A DNA stretch of 64,000 nt, taken from a virus (lineage: Duplodnaviria > Caudoviricetes). The notes under the pieces are model-generated. The model ran no database searches. It saw only the letters and a list, made by a program, of their open reading frames with translations, and was not told the DNA's origin. Position numbers and translations under genes: made by a program. The stretch covers positions 32,001 through 96,000 of the IMG/VR virus record IMGVR_UViG_3300009095_000010; one strand, written 5' to 3'. Below are positions 19,031 through 28,172 of this stretch, piece by piece. How positions within the stretch are numbered: the stretch's first letter is position 1; each line of letters opens with the position of its first letter.

Positions 19031-19765
19031 TCACCTTCTAAATAATCCAGCTCCGCCACCAGTAATAGCATCTTGCGCTTTTAGTTTTTTGAATCTATCT
19101 CTCTGTAAATACTTTACCCCCTCTTGTGTTTGTGATAGAAGAATCTCTTCCTTGAGAGGTGTATCACCACCTTGTGACATCAGGTTAACAACCTCTCTAG
19201 GATCTATCGCTTGAGAAAGATCTGTAATTCCACCAACTGGATTGGATGCAAATGGATTTAAACCAGCAGCAGAAAGCTCCATGAGAGCTTTCTGGTCTTC
19301 TACATCTGGCATTGCTTTGGTTGTTGTATCATCCCCATAAGGATCGCCAGCATCGTGTATCATAGAAGCAAGCTCTGCTATCTTTCCATTTCCAGAATGC
19401 TTGAGCTTGGCTAGCTGCTCACCGCGAGCAACTAGATTGCCAGCATTGTTTCTCTTAATAAACTCATTATATGTAGGATCCACCTTGAGATTAGATTCAT
19501 CAATATGACCACCGCCCCCACCTTTACGATGGAACTTCTCAACGGGATCCGCAGTCCCCATCTTCTGAAACCTATAGTTAGATATAAGCCAACCAGCAAC
19601 GCCTTGAGGATCGTTAGGCATCTTCTGCATTGCTTCGGCTAACTCCTTCAAGAGAGTTTGTGTAGACTCTCCCATTATTTCCCCGCCGCATCCGGGACAT
19701 TCATTCCGCTGAATTGCATTTACCCACTCTGGAGGGATATTTGCACCACAAGACATACATCTCAT
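19031..19765 (-). CDS. hypothetical protein with N-terminal zinc ribbon
   Basis: CMSC...CPGC. Confidence 0.65.
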   Translation of the reverse strand: MRCMSCGANIPPEWVNAIQRNECPGCGGEIMGESTQTLLKELAEAMQKMPNDPQGVAGWLISNYRFQKMGTADPVEKFHRKGGGGGHIDESNLKVDPTYNEFIKRNNAGNLVARGEQLAKLKHSGNGKIAELASMIHDAGDPYGDDTTTKAMPDVEDQKALMELSAAGLNPFASNPVGGITDLSQAIDPREVVNLMSQGGDTPLKEEILLSQTQEGVKYLQRDRFKKLKAQDAITGGGAGLFRR

Positions 19766-19767
19766 AA

Positions 19768-21237
19768 TTATCCTATTTTATTTACTTGGAAACTGCAATC
19801 TTCTATATCAGGATCTTCTATAGATGAAAAACCATTATCTAAAGCTTCATCTTCAAGTTCCATCAATAACTCTTCTTTATTTAGAGTAGAAAGATCCTTT
19901 ATCTTTGTTGCCCTGGGCATCTTAACCTTTTTAGAAGATCTATCCTCCGGAAGACTTGGAGGCGCTTTGTAATCCAATATATCAGAAAGAACAAAAGATG
20001 TTGAATGTTCATTTTCCCATTGAAATGAACCAAGGAAACGAATAGCAATACCAGGCTCAATAGACTGCTTTCCATTGGAGAGTTCCTTTTCAATCCTGGT
20101 CTTCATGCCATCCCAAGCTTCTGGAAAACAAAGCATCGCCGCCTCATCTCCCCAAGGATCCTGAAGGGTAAGGCGAGCCATCTCTTGACCAAAGATAGGT
20201 GAGTCTTCTTTTTTTACTATAAAAGAAAAGACCGATGTCACCACCGCTTCAATGGGTCGGATCTTTTGGTTACCAAGATAGTGTGTATTTGCTTTTCGGT
20301 TTGTGCGCTCATCATCGCTTTTAAGTTCCCAGGGAAACATCTGCTGCAATGCCGCAAATGGTATTGTCTTGTTCTTGTCGAAGAATTTCGGGTACCGGTC
20401 GAATGTATTTCCACTTATTCCCTCACCCATATAGAAATCTTCTAGAGCAAAGAGTTCTTGTATGGTCCATGGCGTCTCTACCGGGAAAGGATATTGAAAC
20501 TGAGCAACATGATCTTTGACCCGCTGATCTTCCGGGTTAAGCTTTGGAGGATTGTGTCGGCCGTTTGAATTATACCAAAACATCCCAAGCTCATCCTCAC
20601 CCTTCTTATAACCATTTACCGCAGCCCATTCTTTGGTAATCTGACGTTCAAGACGACCCATATGATTTCTCAATTTGGCTCTGTAGTCTGATGCGTAATG
20701 AAACATTTGTTTCCGATCCATCTGAAACGAATCAAGCGAGCCAGATGCCGCCATGGCTTGAATACTAGGAGAGCGAACCTTCCTAGAATCAGTTCTATAA
20801 ATTAGATCTTGAAAAGAAACAAATGGACGTTTGTCTATCAATTCTGGAATTGCATCCTGCCCCATATACTTCAAAGAGTCTAAACCTGTCATTAGAGTAT
20901 TATCATCAACAATCTTCCATGATAAAGATGACGTGTTCAAATCGGGAGGAACAATCCTAACCTTCTTATTTCGAATCTCGGCTTTGATCTTGAGGATATT
21001 ATCTTTGGATGCCTTAGCATTCGAACGAACTTCGGATATCAAGTTCGCGACCAGGAACTCAATGGAATAATTAGCTTTGAGATAAGCTGTATGAAATGAA
21101 ATCATCGAATATAGAGTAGCGTGTGAGTTGCTCGTTAACATTCCATTGCTAAGGTAATATTGATGATCAGGATGCCTAACTTCAAGATCATATGTCTGAG
21201 CCTTTCCTATTGGAGTAACCGATTTGATGTTAGTCAT
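19768..21237 (-). CDS. dnaE: DNA polymerase III alpha C-terminal part, preceded by the C-half of a split intein
   Basis: IntC ..LTSN|SHATLYSMISFHTAYLKANY; PPDLNTS; HhH GLDSLKYMG; OB-fold MARLTLQD. Own SD (AAGGA) and ATG. Confidence 0.92.
   Translation of the reverse strand: MTNIKSVTPIGKAQTYDLEVRHPDHQYYLSNGMLTSNSHATLYSMISFHTAYLKANYSIEFLVANLISEVRSNAKASKDNILKIKAEIRNKKVRIVPPDLNTSSLSWKIVDDNTLMTGLDSLKYMGQDAIPELIDKRPFVSFQDLIYRTDSRKVRSPSIQAMAASGSLDSFQMDRKQMFHYASDYRAKLRNHMGRLERQITKEWAAVNGYKKGEDELGMFWYNSNGRHNPPKLNPEDQRVKDHVAQFQYPFPVETPWTIQELFALEDFYMGEGISGNTFDRYPKFFDKNKTIPFAALQQMFPWELKSDDERTNRKANTHYLGNQKIRPIEAVVTSVFSFIVKKEDSPIFGQEMARLTLQDPWGDEAAMLCFPEAWDGMKTRIEKELSNGKQSIEPGIAIRFLGSFQWENEHSTSFVLSDILDYKAPPSLPEDRSSKKVKMPRATKIKDLSTLNKEELLMELEDEALDNGFSSIEDPDIEDCSFQVNKIG
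21127..21237 (-). mobile_element. split intein C-fragment (37 aa)
   Basis: MTNIKSVTPIGKAQTYDLEV..HQYYLSNGMLTSN followed by Ser+1. Confidence 0.9.
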
Positions 21238-21386
21238 ATATTCCTTGGATCAAATAACTTTACATCATTGATGGCCTCGATTTTAAACAACTCACGCTGA
21301 TATGGAGTTTCAAAATTTACTGTAAACTTTTTATTTAGGCCGCACACATTTTCAAGAACAACTTCTTTTCTTTTATATTTAGTCAT
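21234..21386 (-). CDS. 50-aa ORF between endonuclease and dnaE-C
   Basis: Translated by hand: MTKYKRKEVVLENVCGLNKKFTVNFETPYQRELFKIEAINDVKLFDPRNI. Overlaps both neighbours. Confidence 0.45.
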   Translation of the reverse strand: MTKYKRKEVVLENVCGLNKKFTVNFETPYQRELFKIEAINDVKLFDPRNI

Positions 21387-22410
21387 ATAGCTCACCTATT
21401 TTATAAACCCCTCGTTTAGGATTGTTCAATATTTCAAACACTTTTTCCATACATTCTTTATTGAATCCATAATCAGACTTGCGATACGAAAATTGATCAT
21501 AAGATACTCGTATCAATATCCATCCGTGTCTTATAATATGCTCATCTAACAAACGATCCTTTTCTTGTACTGCTTCGAGCTGATTCAAGCCAGTTTGTTT
21601 AAAATGCAGTGGTCCATCAAACTCAACGTAAACCCGCTTAGACTTATCACCAATATCAACCTGTTTACGTTTCGACTTTGAAATAAACAATTCTGATTTA
21701 ACTATTTGATTTTGTTTAAAACTATAACCGTTTACATCTTTTAATAAATCAAACAACAATAGTTCTGGCTTACTTTTCCAAGAATCTTTCATTTGAAAGG
21801 TACATTTTTCATAAAACTCATCTGGATTTTCATCACGCCATTTCTTCAAATTAGCCGCGCGTTTCTCTTGAATATCTTTTCGAGCTGATGTTTTCTTTGC
21901 AGTATCAGATGCCTTTTGACGCATTGCATCTGTCTTATTCACATCAGACATCACCTGTGCTCGACGCTTTCGATCATCAGGAGAAGATAAAATGGATTCT
22001 CGAACAGCCTTACCCATTCGTTCTTTATAATCGGTTAGATCATCTCCACGTTCATTTGCTCGCGTAATCCAATTACCATTATCTTTTGCTGTTGATTCAT
22101 ATTTCAATCTCGAAGATTCACAGAGAACTTCACCATCATATTCTTCAGGTTGTACTCCATGAACCTCTCGCAAATGAGAAGCCAATCTCTTGGCGTGCCA
22201 CCCACATATCTTGCAAACTACAAAATCTTTACCTTCTGGTAAAAGATCATACTTAACCTTGCAATCTGTGATATGACTATCGGCTTTACTCAGGCCCCAG
22301 AAGTTCTTGTGACATCGCTTACAACAATAGACAGTCCGTCCTTTAGAATCTGATGTAACGGCAACATCTCTCCCGTCTCTATAGTTCTGAACTTGTGATT
22401 CATTGTGCAT
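21379..22410 (-). CDS. free-standing Vsr/DUF559-like homing endonuclease with zinc fingers
   Basis: CKRC..H..C; CKIC..HLREVH; NUMOD3-like basic repeats; SKPE..VDI..VEFDGPLHF..D..GWILIRV. Confidence 0.8.
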   Translation of the reverse strand: MHNESQVQNYRDGRDVAVTSDSKGRTVYCCKRCHKNFWGLSKADSHITDCKVKYDLLPEGKDFVVCKICGWHAKRLASHLREVHGVQPEEYDGEVLCESSRLKYESTAKDNGNWITRANERGDDLTDYKERMGKAVRESILSSPDDRKRRAQVMSDVNKTDAMRQKASDTAKKTSARKDIQEKRAANLKKWRDENPDEFYEKCTFQMKDSWKSKPELLLFDLLKDVNGYSFKQNQIVKSELFISKSKRKQVDIGDKSKRVYVEFDGPLHFKQTGLNQLEAVQEKDRLLDEHIIRHGWILIRVSYDQFSYRKSDYGFNKECMEKVFEILNNPKRGVYKIGELYD

Positions 22411-25046
22411 TTTACTCTCTCTCCAGTTTCAAGCTCAACCTCAACCACATCAAGCTCCCCATGATCATGATTACCAATCACTTCAATGTAGATATCCTGT
22501 CCAGTACCTTCGTCCCTAGAGCGGACGAACTCCCCATGTTGAATATCTTGAATTGGCTTGGTTGTTAGGTAAGATCCTTCTGGAGTGTATATATCAATGG
22601 GTTCTAAAAAGTACAAACAACGATTGAACCCATAGCCGCCGAACTGCGCAATAGTCTCATCCCAAACTCTTGTTGCAGTTTCTTCTGTGAGGCCCTTGTT
22701 CTTCACTGCCCCTTCAATGAATTCCTCTCTCCACTTCGCAACCTTCTCTGGATTCTTACCTTTCTCTTTGGTAAGTTTACGAAGCTTATCCGCATCGTGG
22801 AGATCCCATCCAGCAACATCTTGTGCCAGATACATTAAACTCTCTTCATACAAACCATATCCATACGTTGAGGCAAAAGCACGATGAAGAGTTGGATGCA
22901 TCAAAGATATCTTCTCATCTCCATTACGAACTTTGAGAAGATCAGGAATCGTATCTTTTGCTGCCGGACGCACAAGAGCAGAGACCAGGGCGATATCCTC
23001 TACCGATCTTGGCTTCACTTTCTTACAAACAGGAACAGCAGTGGATCCAAGTTGGAACACACCAAAGGTATCACCTTCACCAATAAGATGATAAGTCTTA
23101 TCATCAACAACTTCGTAATCGAAGGGCTCTCCTGGTAACGTCTTTCCCGTTTCCAAGATAAGCTTATATGTTTCACCAATAATGTCTAAAGTCTCCAAGC
23201 CAAGAGTATCAATCTTGACCAGACCATTTTCTTCAGCAAGTTCCTTGTCGTACTCCAGAACAAGCGCACCGTTTGCGTCACGACGAAGTGGAACCAATCC
23301 CTCTAAAGGCCTTTTAGAAACAACAATACCACCAGCGTGAGTTGACCACGCTCTTGGTAAACCACAAAGGTCCGCATACTCTTCAAGCTCTGGATATTGC
23401 TTTGCGTATTCTGCAAAGAGAGGAGCGTCCGTCAGAGCTTTCTTGATAGACTTTACATCATCAGGAAGTGAGTCTGCAATGTTGTTTCCAATCTCAGCAG
23501 CAACAGATCTTCCTTGACCACCAAATTCAAATACGCGAGCAATGTCTCTTGCATACACCTTCGGTGTGATGGTGTTGATATTAGAAACGTGAGCTACGTT
23601 TCCTTCACCATACTTGGAACGTAAGTAATCATGAAGCTTCGCTCTTCCTGATGGAGCAATATCATTATCAATATCCGGAAAGGCTTCTTTGTACTTGTTC
23701 AAGAAGCGAGCAAAGATAAGACCATAACGCTTGGGATATGCTTGGTGAATTCCGTTGACGTACGCCGTAAGAGAACCACCAACCGAACCACGACCAGGTC
23801 CGATGGCAATCATATTCTTTCGACACCAGTTGAGGAAGTCAGCGGTGATGAGCATGTAAGAGCTGAAGTTTCTGTACTCAAGAACGTCGAACTCTTCGAG
23901 CATTTGCTCTACACACTCATCGTAATCATCCTCTGGAACTTTTCCCTTTTCAATTTTCTTTTCTAGACCCTCAAGTGATCGATACCTATAAAACAAAGCA
24001 TCGTCTGCAATTTGGTCATCCATCACTTTGGTGGTTTTGAAACCCGTCTGACTAGCTCTCCACTTTTCAAAGTCAAGATAGTCTGGTTCGTCTTTATAGG
24101 GAAACTCGGGAAGCTGAGATTTTTCTCCAGTGCTTATCGCAGGATCAATCCAGTTAGGTTCTTCACACTGGTCTGCATAATACACAGTGTTTTCAAATAA
24201 AGATTCAACAAACTCTTCGCCCCACATTTTGATATGACGTTCAAAGTGTTGGTAAACCTGATCGGAGTTCTTGACATAGAACTCGTGCTTGTCATAACGC
24301 AAACGATTACCAGAAGTAATGGGCTGACCCGAGCCAATGCAAAGATAAGCATCATGTCTCTTATGGTCTTCCTTCTTGAGGTAATGAGCATCAGTAGCAA
24401 CTATACAACGTATACCAAGCTTCTGACCAATACTCTTGAGAGCCATATTGATCTTCTGCTGATTGACCGGACCAGAATACGGAGAATTTCTTCTTTGAAG
24501 ATTATGAGGCTGAAGCTCTAGAGCGAAGTTATCACCAAAGATGGTCTGCAATCTTTTGACCGCCTCTTCTGCTTCTTGTGGTTGATCGTTCATAATATAC
24601 TGGGAAACTAATCCGTTTCCACAAGCAGATGTACAAATCAAACCATCACTGAATTCTTCAAGCATCTTCCAATCCACACGCGGGACTGCTTTCTTGAAGA
24701 CTACAGAATACTTATCAAACCCTCTCTTGTTTAGCTTGAGAAGATTCTCATACCCAACAGCGTTCTTTGCTAAGAACACAAGATGACGGAAGTTTGAATC
24801 TTCTGCGTCATCAGAGTCATCTACGAAGTAACACTCACAACCAGCAATGAGTTTAATTTCGGCTTTCTTAGCTGCTTTAAAAGCCTCCCACACAGCAGAT
24901 AAAGAGCCGTGGTCTGTGATGGCCACGGCTGTCTGCCCAGCATCTTTGGTTGCTGAAATTAGATCTTTTGGAGAGATGATGGAATCTCCAATAGAACCGG
25001 TCGTATGGTTATGCAGACTTACGTATTTTCTCACTAAGCACCTCAT
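22290..25046 (-). CDS. dnaE: DNA polymerase III alpha N-terminal part (PHP + catalytic core) ending in the N-half of a split intein
   Basis: LHNHT, ITDHG, TDAHY, GPGRGSVGGSL, PDIDND, THAGG, KIDTLGL, GVFQ, GYGFNR|C. Start may be GTG 25034. Confidence 0.95.
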   Translation of the reverse strand: MRCLVRKYVSLHNHTTGSIGDSIISPKDLISATKDAGQTAVAITDHGSLSAVWEAFKAAKKAEIKLIAGCECYFVDDSDDAEDSNFRHLVFLAKNAVGYENLLKLNKRGFDKYSVVFKKAVPRVDWKMLEEFSDGLICTSACGNGLVSQYIMNDQPQEAEEAVKRLQTIFGDNFALELQPHNLQRRNSPYSGPVNQQKINMALKSIGQKLGIRCIVATDAHYLKKEDHKRHDAYLCIGSGQPITSGNRLRYDKHEFYVKNSDQVYQHFERHIKMWGEEFVESLFENTVYYADQCEEPNWIDPAISTGEKSQLPEFPYKDEPDYLDFEKWRASQTGFKTTKVMDDQIADDALFYRYRSLEGLEKKIEKGKVPEDDYDECVEQMLEEFDVLEYRNFSSYMLITADFLNWCRKNMIAIGPGRGSVGGSLTAYVNGIHQAYPKRYGLIFARFLNKYKEAFPDIDNDIAPSGRAKLHDYLRSKYGEGNVAHVSNINTITPKVYARDIARVFEFGGQGRSVAAEIGNNIADSLPDDVKSIKKALTDAPLFAEYAKQYPELEEYADLCGLPRAWSTHAGGIVVSKRPLEGLVPLRRDANGALVLEYDKELAEENGLVKIDTLGLETLDIIGETYKLILETGKTLPGEPFDYEVVDDKTYHLIGEGDTFGVFQLGSTAVPVCKKVKPRSVEDIALVSALVRPAAKDTIPDLLKVRNGDEKISLMHPTLHRAFASTYGYGLYEESLMYLAQDVAGWDLHDADKLRKLTKEKGKNPEKVAKWREEFIEGAVKNKGLTEETATRVWDETIAQFGGYGFNRCLYFLEPIDIYTPEGSYLTTKPIQDIQHGEFVRSRDEGTGQDIYIEVIGNHDHGELDVVEVELETGERVKCTMNHKFRTIETGEMLPLHQILKDGLSIVVSDVTRTSGA
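22293..22619 (-). mobile_element. split intein N-fragment (109 aa)
   Basis: CLYFLEPIDI..KPIQDI..GEFVRS..VKCTMNHKF (block B TxxH), then stop. Confidence 0.9.
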
Positions 25047-25395
25047 TAAGTAGATAGCTTGTCGCTATTCCCTTTGCCCAGTGATAAGTAGAATCCGAAC
25101 CCGAAACCCTCGACACCAAATCGGTATACATCTCAGCATCTGTTTCAACATCTAAATTGCAAACGATGATTAACAATCCTGCCAATACGATATCACACTC
25201 TGAATTATCTTCTTCTAGAAGGCTAACGCATTGGTTATGAAAAAACTTAGATGACTTCTTGCCATTCCTAACCAGCATAGTTATTGCAGGAAAGTCTTCA
25301 TGCGATCTTACAAAGCGTACAATACTAGAAAGTGTGGTTGGATCAAAGACATCCAAGTCTTCCATTAAGTTTTCTAAGTGATAAGCTATTCTCAT
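25009..25395 (-). CDS. hypothetical protein
   Basis: 128 aa ORF. Confidence 0.55.
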   Translation of the reverse strand: MRIAYHLENLMEDLDVFDPTTLSSIVRFVRSHEDFPAITMLVRNGKKSSKFFHNQCVSLLEEDNSECDIVLAGLLIIVCNLDVETDAEMYTDLVSRVSGSDSTYHWAKGIATSYLLNEVLSEKIRKSA

Positions 25396-25686
25396 TTACT
25401 CTCCGTTTGTTTGTTCAAATATCTTAAATGTATTCTCTAAGTTATCAACGAGCTGAGAGCAATTTGCGGAACCGCCACACCGAACCTGGACCCTAGCAGA
25501 TCCAAATGGTCCAGATGCGGTAAGTCCATCTTTCTGAACAAAGAAAACACCAACGCGAGTATAGTTTTCGGTTGTCCTATAACCAGCCTGTTTGAATGTC
25601 GCCAAAGACGTTTTGGAAAGGGGTACATCCAACTCAAAGACATACCCCTTTCCACCACAACAAGATTTAATCAACTGTCGCTTCAT
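25396..25686 (-). CDS. hypothetical Cys-containing protein
   Basis: 96 aa; SCCG...CGGSANC. Confidence 0.6.
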   Translation of the reverse strand: MKRQLIKSCCGGKGYVFELDVPLSKTSLATFKQAGYRTTENYTRVGVFFVQKDGLTASGPFGSARVQVRCGGSANCSQLVDNLENTFKIFEQTNGE

Positions 25687-26017
25687 CGTCTGTTCCTGTT
25701 GCTTTTTTCACAACAACACCACGAGAGTTCATTAGATAAACACAAAAATCTACCTTTGCCTTCTCGGCAGCAATTGTATCAGTGAAGAAGCTCTTATACT
25801 CTTTCAGTTCATCTTGAAGAGATTTTAGCTTAGCATCATTCCTCATATCAAATGATGTGTTTGACATGTTACGAACAGCTTTTATAAGATCTCTTTCAAG
25901 TTCATCTGTTTGTTTACCCTGTGCTGCATCTCTCCAAGTCTCAGATAAAAGATTCCAAGACTTATCGGGAAAACCATCAGGTGATGTTGATTTTGATTTA
26001 CGCGCTTTACGAGCCAT
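25667..26017 (-). CDS. hypothetical protein with basic N-terminus
   Basis: 116 aa ORF. Confidence 0.6.
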   Translation of the reverse strand: MARKARKSKSTSPDGFPDKSWNLLSETWRDAAQGKQTDELERDLIKAVRNMSNTSFDMRNDAKLKSLQDELKEYKSFFTDTIAAEKAKVDFCVYLMNSRGVVVKKATGTDDEATVD

Positions 26018-26032
26018 ATGTTTTCAATTTCC

Positions 26033-27316
26033 TTACTCAATAACTGTTGCTTGATCTGTAATCCACTGTAAAGTGAACTCATCTTTTATTGAATTGATCA
26101 AGCTAACAATATACGGTCTAGCTTGTGGGTTGTTGATAATTGCAGGATTCTGTCCTTGCGCTTGAAGATGTTGCACCAAATGATTTTGAGCTTCACCATC
26201 ATTCAAAACAGAATCTGGTTCACCTTCACGAACACTGTCAAGAATCAAGGACAGCCGAGTATTTTTCTCGGCTTGTTCCGAAATTCTATTCTTCTCAGTT
26301 TCATCAAGATCTTTGAAGAGCAAACCTGATTGCATAGCAATGTTTCGAGCTTCGCTTTCAACAATGAAATCTGGAACCTTGAATTTATTCGCTTCAACAA
26401 GCCTGATAGCAATTTGATTTCTTTTTTCCTGTTGAGCTGTTTTCTGAATAGAAGCCTTAGAAATTGTTCTAAGTTTATCCATCATCTCTTTCAAGCTATC
26501 AACGCCCATCATTTTTAGAAAGTCTTCATTAACAGGATGTGGCTTACGCTTCGTTCCCATATGAATAGTTACTGAAAATTTTGCTTGCTTCCCGAGCAGG
26601 GTATCGGGACCAGACTCAAACTTGAAATCAAACTCTTTTGTCTCTCCTGCCCTCATTCCTAAAAGATTGTCATCCCAACCACTCCAGCGGTCAGAGCCGA
26701 CCTGATACATCTCTCCCTCTACCAAAGATCCATCAAACGTTTCTCCTTCAATGGTTGCTTCAAATGACAGCGTGAGCTGATCCCCAATTTCAACAATATC
26801 ATCTTCTTCATATGGCTCTGTCTCACCAACACGAAGTCTTAGATTGAAAAGAGATTTTTCTGCAAGAGCTTCCTCATCAAGAGGACCAGTATCAGGTTTT
26901 GGAATCTCAAACCTCAAATCAGAAAGCTCAAACTCTGGTTTCTTTGTCAGTTCAACATCACATGAAAAAACATTTCCTTTGATTGAAATGTTACTGAAAG
27001 ATGGCTGACCAATTGGTTTGATATCTGTTTCAAAAACAATATCATCAATTGCCGCAGTTGCCATTTCACGAGCAATGAATTGATTAATTTGCGGACGAAG
27101 TCGAACTTTGATTGCACTATCAGGAGCTTTTCCTTTTCTAAATCCTGGTATTTGAATATTACGAAGATTAGATACAGCCTCTTCAAGTTTTTGACTTACA
27201 ATATCCGGATCTCCAATATAATGAACCTTTAGTTTGCAATAATCAGGCTCTTCAATATTTAAGATTGGATATTCTAATGTTTCTTTTTCTTCTTTTATAT
27301 TTGGCGCTTCATTCAT
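26033..27316 (-). CDS. tig: trigger factor (ribosome-associated chaperone/PPIase)
   Basis: Signature IPGFRKGKAP; FKBP domain (GDQLTLSF..IEGETFDG..GMRAGETKEF); C-domain VPDFIVESE; 427 aa. Confidence 0.92.
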   Translation of the reverse strand: MNEAPNIKEEKETLEYPILNIEEPDYCKLKVHYIGDPDIVSQKLEEAVSNLRNIQIPGFRKGKAPDSAIKVRLRPQINQFIAREMATAAIDDIVFETDIKPIGQPSFSNISIKGNVFSCDVELTKKPEFELSDLRFEIPKPDTGPLDEEALAEKSLFNLRLRVGETEPYEEDDIVEIGDQLTLSFEATIEGETFDGSLVEGEMYQVGSDRWSGWDDNLLGMRAGETKEFDFKFESGPDTLLGKQAKFSVTIHMGTKRKPHPVNEDFLKMMGVDSLKEMMDKLRTISKASIQKTAQQEKRNQIAIRLVEANKFKVPDFIVESEARNIAMQSGLLFKDLDETEKNRISEQAEKNTRLSLILDSVREGEPDSVLNDGEAQNHLVQHLQAQGQNPAIINNPQARPYIVSLINSIKDEFTLQWITDQATVIE

Positions 27317-27319
27317 GAC

Positions 27320-28162
27320 TTACCACTTCCTTACTCCAACAACTGGCTTTACTGCTTTTTGTTTCAACTTACCCTTCTTTATCAAGAAGTTCTTTCCCTC
27401 TTTACAATGATCTAAATAATCACAGTACATACAAAGGAACTGAGGGTTTGGTCTCCAAAGCTTTTCTTCACCAATTTGAGATGCATACCTCAAAAACTTC
27501 TCGGCCACAGACATGATTTCATCTCTTGTATATTCCTGTGTGATATAATCAAACGAATGTCGCAAAAGAATAAATGAAGCTCTTATCTTTTTTATTGATT
27601 CATCCTCAAGACATAAAGCATAGCAATATGTAATTAGTTGAAAGAAATCTTTCAGATACTTAGGATCCTTTGTCGTTTTATAATCTGCAACATGAATCAA
27701 CCCATCTGGATCAATCTGAATGCGGTCAATGAACCCATTGAGCAGAACAGTGTTGTTAATGTTGATGTAGAAAGGTTTCTCTACCTCAAGAACGTTTGGA
27801 AGACCTTCTTCTTCTAAAATCTGCTCATACTCATCTACAATACTCTGGGCTTCTTTATATTGTAAGCCGGTCATCTGATCGTTGTATTCTTCATAGGCAG
27901 CATCCCACGCATCAGAAAGAGCCAGCTTCCAGTCCTCTGCGCGAGACGGGTTGTTCAACAAGTCACGATGAAAATTTTCTAGAACTTGATGCAAGTACTT
28001 TCCGAAAATGTGAAAGTCCCGATCAATCCTTGGTAACTTGTCAATGTAACAAAACTTGAACTTCGCCTTACAATCATCAAACGTTTTCGACTTGCTGACA
28101 GATAGAGTGATGTCAACATTCGACATGTCTCTTTCAGGCAAGAGACTTGCTGTTATATTCAT
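27320..28162 (-). CDS. PD-(D/E)xK nuclease, RecB/Cas4-like, with 4-Cys cluster
   Basis: LSVS..F..C; G..LH..LE; GFIDRI..VADYKT; QL..Y; CMYCDY..HC. Confidence 0.85.
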   Translation of the reverse strand: MNITASLLPERDMSNVDITLSVSKSKTFDDCKAKFKFCYIDKLPRIDRDFHIFGKYLHQVLENFHRDLLNNPSRAEDWKLALSDAWDAAYEEYNDQMTGLQYKEAQSIVDEYEQILEEEGLPNVLEVEKPFYININNTVLLNGFIDRIQIDPDGLIHVADYKTTKDPKYLKDFFQLITYCYALCLEDESIKKIRASFILLRHSFDYITQEYTRDEIMSVAEKFLRYASQIGEEKLWRPNPQFLCMYCDYLDHCKEGKNFLIKKGKLKQKAVKPVVGVRKW

Positions 28163-28172
28163 ATTCTAATCC

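Noticed and set aside
19768-25046. dnaE pseudogene or group I intron
   Set aside because: Both halves carry complementary intein blocks and their own translation signals; no intron core was seen.
27320-28162. Cas4 as evidence of a CRISPR-Cas system
   Set aside because: No other cas genes or array; stand-alone RecB/Cas4-like nucleases are routine in phage replication modules.
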